64,000 nt of DNA, from assembly GCA_021613535.1 (NCBI GenBank), contig CP075495.1:9920001-9984000 (forward strand), written 5' to 3'. Positions 46,332 through 56,671 of this stretch are shown here, one piece after another. This DNA comes from Adineta vaga. Lineage: Eukaryota > Animalia > Rotifera. The notes beneath the pieces were generated by a model. It made no database searches, was not told the origin of the DNA, and saw nothing but the letters and a program-made list of their open reading frames with translations. A program made the translations under genes and the position numbers. Every line of letters begins with the position of its first letter. The stretch's first letter is position 1.

Positions 46332-47662
46332 TGTATTTTTTGCTCAATGTTTAAATAGTTTGTTGGTAAAAACCTGTGAATTAAAAGTATTTTATCTCAT
46401 GTATATGTAGTAGATGCGGATGATATTTAAGTTCGTTGAAAAGAGAATATCCTGTCAACATTACATTACGCTCAGTTTTACACTTTGAGAAAACATTAAT
46501 TGTACATGACAATTTGTTTCACTTGATAAGATTAAATAATTCATAGTGGAGGCAGGAAAGATATTTGATTCGTGCTTGAATTCACATCATTTTTCTGTCG
46601 GATGAATCGTTAAGAGAACAAATACCGCGTGTCGTAGATAAATTTCACTGTTCGTAAGATAGAGTACTCAACTTGAGTTAAGTTCCAGCATAAATAAATC
46701 CTGCTTTGTCAAATAGATAGCAAAGCTAATTATTTGTTACCATTAACCTATACACTCTCTCGCTTAGACACTTTGAAAAACGAAACGGAATTATTTTTTC
46801 GAAACTAAAATCTCAATTCTCTTTTTTATACTTTGTGAAAGGTGTGGACTTTACCATCTTTCTGAATCTAAATGATAGAATTCCCTCAATCAAATAATCT
46901 TTATAATTATTATTCAGGCAAAAATCTGCCTACAACGTTATTTTCAGTTGAGAAATCTCTTTGTATATATACACAAAATTATCACTTCATATTTACCTAA
47001 CAAGTGGAATTATCATGAAATTTTGTACTTTCAACTACTTATCTCAAAGCGCATTTCCTCAGACGTAAACATCACTTAGAAAAGAATGCTTATAAACTCA
47101 TTCGCTTCATATTTGTAAAATATCTTTGATCTACCTTCATAGCAGTCATTTCTTGGAATCTAGAATTCCAGTTCAGATTATTGATTATCTCTCTTCTGTG
47201 TTGTTATAACTTTGTGGATTGAAATGCATTCCGATCAACCGAAATTCTTTACTCATCGTATTCGATGTCTATGTATAAGAGGAAATAATCATAGAAGATA
47301 TTGTTTTACTTTTTCTTTCATATTCCAACAGATGACTCAAATGATTGCGTAAATGCATTTATATAACCATTATACAATGAGGAGGAAATTAAAAACATAT
47401 ATTCGAAAGATGTATCACCATAGACAAAGAATCAGACTTACATAACAAATAGTCTTAACTAAAAATGAAAAAACTTTTTTTTGATACGGAAACTTAAATT
47501 ATTTACCGATTTTCTTTATTGGCTCTAGACAGACAACACTGAGAACGTTTTCGTTACAATAAAAAGGAATAATAATCATTTCCGTATAGCAAGGTATTAA
47601 ATACGAGCACTGTCAGTTGTTATTACATCGGTTTGAATCATATGTCTTAGTTCAAATGGTGA

Positions 47663-48777
47663 TCAAACGACGATCATCCGAATGAAATATTTCACTCTAC
47701 TGACAAACACCGAACGAAATAAACGACTTGCTAATGTGTATATGTAAAATGATTTTGCATAATTGGCATAATATAAATTAATAGTAACAGTCATCAGGAA
47801 AACATCAACTAATCTTTGATATCCACTAGCTGTTGGTTTAAGAATATAGTAAGCATAAGACATCATTCTAGTCATAATTAATAAGGAACTTAATCCCACT
47901 TGTACGAGCATCATCTAAACAAAAAACAAAACCTAGCTAATTTCTATTATATTAGTAAATCGTCGTTTTCAACATTATACAATTGGTTATGCCTGTTTAA
48001 CTCTTTCAAGATGAACTCGTAAACTAAAGCTTACTGCAATCAGTTGTGCATCAGTCTTCTGATCACGACGTTGTTGTTGTTGATTCGATCCGTTCACCTT
48101 CGTTATTGTTGTTGGACCTCCTACGGCTATCCGCTGTTTTGTTCGTCGAACATTCATCAATGTCACAAAACCAAAGATCAACATCAATGCATGTGGAATA
48201 ATACCCAACCAAAACACAACAAACATACTGTCATACATTGTAAAAGTGCCCGCTAATGCTCCACATCGTGGTCGAAGATCATATCCAATCACAATGTGAA
48301 TACATGAAGTAAAAGCAAGAAGAATTGCACAGACACTTGCACGATAGGCCACTTTCATTTGACTGAACGATCGAAGACGAACACTCACCGATGATGACAT
48401 ACATCGATCGATGGATGAAAGTAGTACTAAATAAGTAGCCACAAGTGGTGAGTAGAAACAAGATAAGCACGAAGTTTACAATATGTTCGATCTGAGTTGA
48501 TGAGTGTACTGCCAAGATGATCAGTAGCAAGTCGAGAGATGAGACCAAACGTGATGGAAAGAAGTTCGAAAAGAGCAGAGAGAAGAAAATAGAAGGCACA
48601 TGAAGTTTTTCGAAGTTTGGGTGCCGTGAAAGTGATCAGATTACAGACACACCCAAAAATACCGAACGTGAAAACAACAATCGGGCCATAATAAGCAGTT
48701 GCACTACTGGCTATTTGTATTGTTGCAAGAGTGGTAATAATCGTTGCAGATGAAGATGTACTACTTGAGGTTGACAT
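47663..48777 (-). pseudogene. Class A orphan GPCR, copy 3, frameshifted
   Basis: 1-bp deletion near 48450 relative to copy 1 (acaagtggt-gagtaga vs acaagtggtagagcaga) splits exon 1 into two ORFs. TGA at 47665-47663 is followed by a further open stretch (SPFELRHMIQ...). 120-nt intron at 48034-47915. Confidence 0.75.
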
Positions 48778-49539
48778 GATACAGGAATGATGATCTATGA
48801 TATATTTCTGAAAGTAGAGTAATACAAAAAACAACGAACTTATTATTCTAATATTTCACTCGTTAAATAAATACTAGTTTTCGGTTCATTAGAAGCTTTT
48901 CGAAATTTTTTTATATGCAATTTGTGTTCAATGAGAAGGTGGTATGAACAATAATCTGTAATTTAAATGCAGTAAACTAGAGAATACCTTGATTAGCTTT
49001 AAATTTTATAGTATGTTTGAAAAACCATCGACAACGGAACTTTAAGTAAATAAAATTATAGTCATTGTAGATTTTGCTCGGGTGATGATGGGGGATCATC
49101 TCTATCAGTGTGTAAAGTATGCAACCTATTATATTTGTTTTTTCAAAATAGGACAAAATCTTAGATGAACAATTAACAATTCAAAATAGACGTCTACAAA
49201 AAAAGAACTAAAAGTCAAAGGACTATTTTGAGGCCAGTATTTCAACATTGAAAATGAAGATCTTTCACGCGCATCTTCTAAAATAATTCATTATATGAAA
49301 TATTTATCACATATTACAACATAAAAAAGCAAAAATTATTGTTCGATATCAGTTTTTTAATGAATAACTTTAGAATTCTACAAATATACACATTAGAATA
49401 TATTGTACATCACTCTATCAGAATTGATATCGACTGGTTAGTAAACGTATCGAATTAAATTTCGATGTAAAGAAACGAAATGAGAACAGAAGAATCATAT
49501 CATAATTCATAGACAAAAAACAAACTATTAATTTCTTAA

Positions 49540-50466
49540 ATGAGTTCTTTTCGTATTTTTCGACGGTGTATTTCGAATATTTATTCGATACGAAAATCTT
49601 CGACTATAACCATTCCAGCTCTCGTTGATTCTCATCCAATCGAAGCCACATTATTCGAACCGACATCATCACTATCTTCTTCTGATCCAATTTGTGTTGT
49701 TATATCTGCAGCAACAGGTAGTCGTCGTCAATTTTATTTTCCATTTGCAAAATATCTCAGTGAACATCATAATTTACATGTAATTACGTATGATTATCGT
49801 GGTACACATGATCGAAAATCTACTCCATGGACTCTTCTGGAACATTGGGCACGACGTGATTGTGCAGGAGTTTTATCATACTGTTTTCAGAAATATCCTC
49901 AAGTCGTTCATCTTGGTCATAGTCTTGGTGGCAATATGCATGCATTATTACCACCTAAAATTAATGAGCAACTTTCACGAATACTTCTTGTTTCATCGGC
50001 TAATTCCTATCTAATGTATCATAAATGGAATTTATCATTTCTTAAAACATGCTTTTCACTTCTTATTATACGCGAACCATTGCTTTGGATTTACGGATAT
50101 TATCCGATGCGTACTTTACTTCGAGCAGGTGTTGATATGCCATCAAATATTATTCGTCAATGGGCTCGATGGAGTTTACATCGTCAATGTTTTGTTGATA
50201 AAAATGGGCAACTTTTAACAGATGGTTTTAATTCAGTAAAATGTCCTATTTTAGCTTTAAATTTTGCTGATGATGAATATTATACACGTCAAGCTTTTGA
50301 TATTTTTACTAACGAATTTCATCAGTCATCAAATGTTCAAACTTGGCATTTACCAAAAGGTGGTCATTTTCATTTTTTTAAAGAAACATATTCCTATGAA
50401 CTTTGGAAAGAAATTGCACGATTTTTAAAAACAGGTGATACAACTCTTCCTACTATACATAAATAA
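49540..50466 (+). CDS. Alpha/beta-fold hydrolase (bacterial COG4757-like), intronless, with predicted mitochondrial presequence
   Basis: VVISAATG..QFYFPFAKYL, TYDYRG, GHSLGG nucleophile elbow, GVDMPSNIIRQWARW, ADDEY (Asp), GGHFHFF (His). The N-terminus is Arg/Ser-rich with no acidic residues. Confidence 0.88.
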   Translation: MSSFRIFRRCISNIYSIRKSSTITIPALVDSHPIEATLFEPTSSLSSSDPICVVISAATGSRRQFYFPFAKYLSEHHNLHVITYDYRGTHDRKSTPWTLLEHWARRDCAGVLSYCFQKYPQVVHLGHSLGGNMHALLPPKINEQLSRILLVSSANSYLMYHKWNLSFLKTCFSLLIIREPLLWIYGYYPMRTLLRAGVDMPSNIIRQWARWSLHRQCFVDKNGQLLTDGFNSVKCPILALNFADDEYYTRQAFDIFTNEFHQSSNVQTWHLPKGGHFHFFKETYSYELWKEIARFLKTGDTTLPTIHK

Positions 50467-50572
50467 ATATTCTTCAAATTTTTTCTTTTGACAAAACAAA
50501 AATATTCCTTGTTATAGCTGAATAATATCATATAGATAGTAAAGAATATAAAATTTTTAAAAAAAAATGAAA

Positions 50573-50989
50573 CTAATCTGTTTTTGCTCGTACTATTCGT
50601 ATTGATGCATGACGTTCAATAGCGCAATTAATCATATGATCAAGATAGGAATCTTTCGTTGAAAAACACTGGCAACATAATTGACATTTGAATGACATTC
50701 GTGAGGAAAACGAATAATTCATCACAGTCGTCTCAGTCAAGTTGGAAGTATGAAGAATTCGTGAATAATCATTATATAGAAAAAAACGTTTCTTTCGAGA
50801 ATAATTTGCTGGTACAAGACGTTTACGTTTAGTTATCAACGGTTTGTTAGAATTCGTACTGAAAAGAAAAGGAACAAAATACAATCAAATAAAAATATAT
50901 TGATTTTTATTCTACTTGTTTTTAAATATTATTTCTGTTGTTTGTGGATTCGTTTGTTCAGTTGATATTCGATTGAATAGTTGACCCAT
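50573..50989 (-). CDS. Small protein with a C-terminal CCHC (UBZ/NEMO-like spacing) zinc finger; exons 50989-50916 and 50858-50573
   Basis: MGQLFNRIS... exon ends at a phase-2 gtagaa donor and splices in frame to ttttcag|T ACG AAT. FKCQLCCQCFSTKDSYLDHMINC fits C-x2-C-x12-H-x3-C. Confidence 0.6.
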
Positions 50990-52217
50990 GTGGTATGAAT
51001 ATATTTTTGACAAAAGATTAATATCATATGACTATATATACATATGTGTGTGTGTGTGCATGTACAGAGAATAGCTGTAAGGAAGAAGGAGAAAATGCAA
51101 AGAACATGATTTGTCGTTATCAGACTAGAAGGGTCAACTTATAATAAATTCATTGTTATAAATGAAACGAAGAGAAAACAAACTCATCGCTGACCTCAAA
51201 TTACCTTTATATTACAAGAATGAACATTATAAAAGGAGAAAGACATAGAATCTATTGAAAGTTTGTCAAGTAACGATTAATATGAAATTTACACATGAGT
51301 AGAAAACTTATTCTTCTTTAATTGTTGAACTACAGTTTCTTAGACGAAAATAAGGTCAATTCAACAGCAGTATGATATTTTTTGCAAAGAATAAAAGTAA
51401 AAATGAATGATAACGATTGATTTATTTGAGAACAGAATAAAATTGAGCAATATTTATTCTTATACTATGACGAGTATTGCATCAAACATATTGTTGAATA
51501 TTTATAGGTCATATATATGCATACGAATAGATCAGTACACTCGAAAAAGAAGTTTGAATTTACTTTTTCTTTTTTATTGATCGATGTAATCGTTCATTCA
51601 AAGTTAAATTTATTGTCAATATTGTGCGAACTCTTTCTGTAAGATTTGATTCTTGAATATAATTTGTTTGAACTTTTCTCTTTTTCTTCCAATCAAATTA
51701 TCGATACCTTTTTATAGCACCACTGAATCAAACATTGTATATTTGAATAATAAGATATTTTATCAATGTTCGTTATTTTCTGTATTATTATTATTATAAA
51801 TAGTCGAACTTTATTCTTTCATCGTTAGAGATGTTGAATTACGAATAGTGTAGTGATTTACTGCTGTTATTCGTCCTTCGAAATAAAACTCAAGGACATT
51901 AAACATGATTCGATACAGATTGTTTAAAATTGCAATTTAATTTCATAGTAATTATGATCGAACTAAGCATACTTCAGACGACCGTTCGTTAATGCTTTTT
52001 ATTTCTAAGTTATGTCATTTGAGGTTTGTATTTAACATAAAATTCAACATGTTGATATTTATCATATAACTTGAATATCAATATCAATATTAAATATTAT
52101 TCATTAGATTGCAAAAAGAATTTTAATGACTTGTCTTTTTATTACTATTGATACAACAATTTCATACGAGAGAAATTTAAATATGTTCTTTTCACGTCAT
52201 AGATTCTATTTCTTTAG

Positions 52218-53615
52218 ATGGGAACATTTTCTGGTTACTCATCGAATGTTTTAACAATCAAAAATTTTCCAATATTATTCAATGATAACGATCGACAAGA
52301 ATTTTTAGAACATTTTGGTGCTACACGTGTACGTTGTTTAACTCGTTTTAAAAACGTATCAAACATAATTATTGCTGATTTTGGTTCCAAAACGCAAGCT
52401 TCTCAAGCTCTTTTACGTTTACATCAACTTGAAATTCTTACTCGTCGATTAAATGTAGAATATTGTCCATTAGAATTAGCATATGTAGCTTTTACAAACG
52501 ATTCATCTTTAGAAAGTGATAAAGATGAATCTTTATTAAATGGAATTTCTCCAGGAAAAAATCAACTTCGATATTCATTACCATCAGATAGATTAGCATA
52601 TTTATATCCATCAATTGATGAAACAATTCTAACGAATATTACCAATGCACTATTATCGGTACCGGCATTTTATACACAAGTTCTTCATTTGATGAATAAA
52701 ATGTCTCTTCCATGTCCAATGATTGCTGGTAATGAAAAAACAAACATTTGAGTTTTACTATTTATAATTAAGTTTTCGTTCGATAGATTCAACAAAACAA
52801 CTTCGAGATTTATCAACAGTGAGTGTTGCATGTCAAACGGACGAATCTGCTGAAGTTGTTGATATGGATACAGATGATGATGAAAGTGAAATCGATGATG
52901 GAGAAGAAGAAAAACGAGTCAAACGTCGTTATCGTCATCGATATGTTTTACCAAAATCTACTTCACAAGAAATTATATCAACGAAACAAATCGATGTTAT
53001 AAATGAAATTGAAAAAAAGAAAAAATCAGCAATTGCATTGATATTACCACCAACACTTCTCAAATCTCGAGTAAGTGAACATATAAAGATAAGATATTCA
53101 ATTCAAACTTATTTTAGATAGAAGAGAATATTGCAACATCGACTGATACGATCGTTCAAGGTTTTGGTCGATTAGAACCAACTCAATCAACTAATTCACC
53201 TGTAAATATTGTTTCGCAAGTTATCGAACAACTTCCAGCACTTCCACTGATATCTCTTGATGAGCTTAATAAAAATCGTTTAAATGAAGAACAGTTACGA
53301 CTTATTGATAATGGTCGTTTATATCGAAATTATGAACGTGGTCAACTAACGCGACGTCTCTATATAAAAAATATTGATATAAAACATGTTGACGAACGTG
53401 TTTTACATTCTATATATGATCGTTATAGACAAAATTCTTCTGATATTGATATACGTCTATTGCGTGAAGGTAAAATGAAAGGTCAAGCATTTATAACATT
53501 TGATAATGAGGAAATGGCTTTGAATGCATTAAATGATACAAACGGTTTTGTTTTACATGAAAAACCACTCATTGTTCAATTTGCAAGAACAGCGAAACCA
53601 AAAGAGACTGATTAG
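52218..53615 (+). CDS. RNPC3: RNA-binding region-containing protein 3 (U11/U12-65K, minor spliceosome); 3 exons
   Basis: RRM1 with EFLEHFGA..ALLRLHQLEIL; conserved linker YLYPSIDETILTNITNALLSVPAFYTQVLHLMNKMSLPCP; RRM2 RLYIKNI..EGKMKGQAFITF..TNGFVLHEKPLIVQFAR. Introns at 52729-52786 and 53071-53117. Confidence 0.9.
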
Positions 53616-53743
53616 TGTGTGTATATGTCGTGTTTTTCTTTTCAAATTAATGTAGATTAGTAAACTATAAACATTAACTTTCTTTTTGGTATTGTTATGA
53701 TTCTTTGTTTTAATGACTATAAAATCTTCATTGCAGAAAAGAA

Positions 53744-54271
53744 ATGACACGTTTGAGTTGGATCAATGGTTTCGTTGGTGGTCTTCTAATATCATCCTGT
53801 TGTTTGATTCAATTGTTTTTAAATCTATTTGGAATTGGTTGTGCTGGTTTAAATACACTTTTATTACCATATCGACCATTATTTATTTCATTAACAATTA
53901 TTTCATTAACTTATTCATTCTTTCGTTATCGCCCATCGAAAGTACATTTTATAATCATTGTATCTGTAACAATACTTCTATCTCTTTCACCTGAACTTCT
54001 ACGAATTTATAATAATCAATTTGCAAGAAATGATTTAATGGATAATGAAGTTACAATTACAGATTGGGAAATTACTGGAATGCATTGTGAAGGTTGTCGT
54101 TCAGCAATTATCCAAGCATTACGAAAACTTTCCGATGTGCTCAGTGTAAATGTTGACCTTGCAACTGGTCGAGCTAGGTTAACAACTGAAAAGACTATAG
54201 ATACGAATACAGTTGTACAAGCTGTTCAAGCAGCTGGTTTTCAAGCTAAAAAACTTGAAAATTCGAGTTAA
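53744..54271 (+). CDS. MerT-like membrane domain fused to a heavy-metal-associated (HMA/MerP-like) domain; intronless
   Basis: N-terminal TM with vicinal cysteines (LLISSCCLIQL) and PYRPLF, as in MerT/MerF-type transporters; about three hydrophobic segments; C-terminal ITGMHCEGC..VNVDLATGRA..AVQAAGF HMA domain. Confidence 0.85.
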   Translation: MTRLSWINGFVGGLLISSCCLIQLFLNLFGIGCAGLNTLLLPYRPLFISLTIISLTYSFFRYRPSKVHFIIIVSVTILLSLSPELLRIYNNQFARNDLMDNEVTITDWEITGMHCEGCRSAIIQALRKLSDVLSVNVDLATGRARLTTEKTIDTNTVVQAVQAAGFQAKKLENSS

Positions 54272-56671
54272 AGAATAAAATAAAGGGCTATAGTCTATTC
54301 AATAGAATTTGATTCGTATGAAGTTCTACAAACATCTTGTCTTTAGTTTTTATCATGAAAATATATAAATAAAATTTAAATCTATTTTGCGAGTGTAAGT
54401 AAGAAGAATTCGATGCATGTCGCATCAATATTTACTTTTACTCCATCGAACGAGTAGTATGCTTGTATTCAACATATTGAATCTATGTTTATCATTGGTA
54501 GTTTATAAAATGGACGGTAAAGGAAAGGTTTCTCTTTAATTATTAACTATACGTCAATAGCCCATGTCATGATTGTCGAGTTACCTTTTCTTTTAAACAT
54601 GAGTCAAACAAAATAATTCTAACATGACTACAATTATTGGAACTGTATTTATGAATCGATGCTGACGAAAGAGACATAATACATTCTGACTGCTGAAATT
54701 ACAAAAAAAGAATTGTATACAATACGAGTGTCAATAGTACTTTTTTTTGACAGACGAAAGAAAAAACTGTGTGTTAGTGACCTCTTTTTTCTATCGGTAT
54801 CGAACAGTCTGTACAGCACAAGATATTCAAAAACTATGATATGATCGACAAGCAATACATCATTCTAGTTGCAATAGTTCTGTCTACATTGTATACGAAT
54901 ATAGCTTTAATGGTTATTTATGTATTCTGGATACCATTCGTTTCGCGTCATTGTACATATATATGATTAATCGATTTGCTTCACCCACGCACATGTATTT
55001 CACCTTGTGTTTTTTCATGCAAGTACGAGCTATTTAACGACAAAATTGGTCGCAATGCAATTTTTCTAGACCAGTAACAAAAATCGTTACGATAGTTTTT
55101 GAAAGAAAACATTATATTTCTGATGGTAGCTATCGGTGCATATATCTGTATATGATTGCATTTTGAAAGCTGTTACATCGAGAAAAAGAAATAGTCGACT
55201 TAGTATTACAGCTGTTACTTTTATACTCGTTTGATTTTTTTTCTACTGATTTGTTTTTTTTTCTCCTCTTCTCATATTCTGGACGTTTGCCAAATGATCA
55301 TTAATATGTTTCAGATTATGTTATTCTCGTCATTCTTTTTCCTTTTACCATTTTGATATCTTTCAATATTTTACTGATTGGGTGATACATACGCATCATT
55401 CTTTCACTATTGTTTTTGTTCTCCTGTATGCAAGCAATGAAATAACTGGTGTCGATCGAAACCTACTTTTATTAAATGGCAATGATACACCTGATCATGG
55501 CACGTGTTTTTTCACCATTTATTTTTTTTCTTCTACTTAGTAGTCATCTCTTTCTAACTAAATACAATTCATGCTTGGCCCTTCGTTATGTTGATGGTAC
55601 GTGTACATCTTTATTTTTATAGTTTTCTTCAAGGTTAGTTTTGAGCGCCTGTCAACCTTTATCACCTTTCTATCTGTTTGTTTTTATGAAAATATCGTCA
55701 ATCATGCAATGTATAAGAACAACGCATTCACACTTGCAATCATATATACAATAATATTTCTTTTCAGAGTCAAACGATTGACGACCAGTCATTCAAATTA
55801 CTGTTTTATATGCAGTAATAACTTCTCATTATTCATTAAAGTTCCTAAGATTTTTATTGACACGAAGTATGTATGCATAGAAAATGTTAAGAAAAATAGA
55901 AGCATCATGGGATTGATTTTTTACCCTGTTGTCGTTTCTTTTTGATACAATCGATTCGTGTGGGAAGCAATATAATGAATAAAACAGACTGACATAGAAA
56001 ATGACATATGCATGTTCCAAAAACTAATTTATTGATTGGCATAGTCGTTAGTTTTTATCGATTAGAGATTTCAAAAACGAAATCTTCTCTAGAAAAGCAT
56101 ATCTCTGAAGTCCCTGTGAGAAAAAAACTCACAAAAAATAGTTTAGAAAACGAATTAGTTTTTGAATATGACGTATAATTGAATTCCTTTTTTTTCTACT
56201 CGTTAGTCGATGATGTCATCATCGATCGGCTGATAATTTCATCTCGTTGTCTACGACCAACGTCATCGTTAAATGTTGAGTGTCATTGTCTTTAAGTAAA
56301 AGATAGTGTAAGTTGGAGAATCGAGTGAACATCTCTTTTTTCCCTTCTCTCTCTCTCTCTTGTTTGTCTTTCTCATCCATTTGCTAGAAAGAAGAATTTA
56401 TGCTTTGAACATCATTAGCATTACTTCAGACAGAGAGAGAGAGAGAAAGAAGGAAGAAAAAAGCGAAGAAAGAAAAAAAAATTCTGATAATAACAGAAGA
56501 AAAGCGTTCGAACAAAAATAAGAATTCTTTCATAAGTAATACACATTCGCAATGTCGATCGGGTGTTTTATATGTGTTTAAATCCATATCTGCACGTATA
56601 ACATCACCCGTGAGGATTATTGTATTAATATTTAAACTCGAACATATACGAAAACTACACAAACGTAAATA

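Noticed and set aside
42226-48777. Repeated blocks considered as a mobile element or CRISPR-like array
   Set aside because: The repeats are paralogous GPCR coding sequences, with no transposase, terminal repeats or spacer structure.
31867-54271. Bacterial contamination as the source of the foreign-looking genes
   Set aside because: CorA and Trk carry spliceosomal introns, and all of these genes share the AT-richness of, and are tightly interleaved with, the animal genes. Long-read confirmation is still advisable.
54300-56650. 2.3-kb gene-free stretch with ORFs 54649-54855, 55601-55945 and 55829-56020
   Set aside because: The translations look like AT-rich non-coding sequence, and no RNA gene or repeat structure was recognised.
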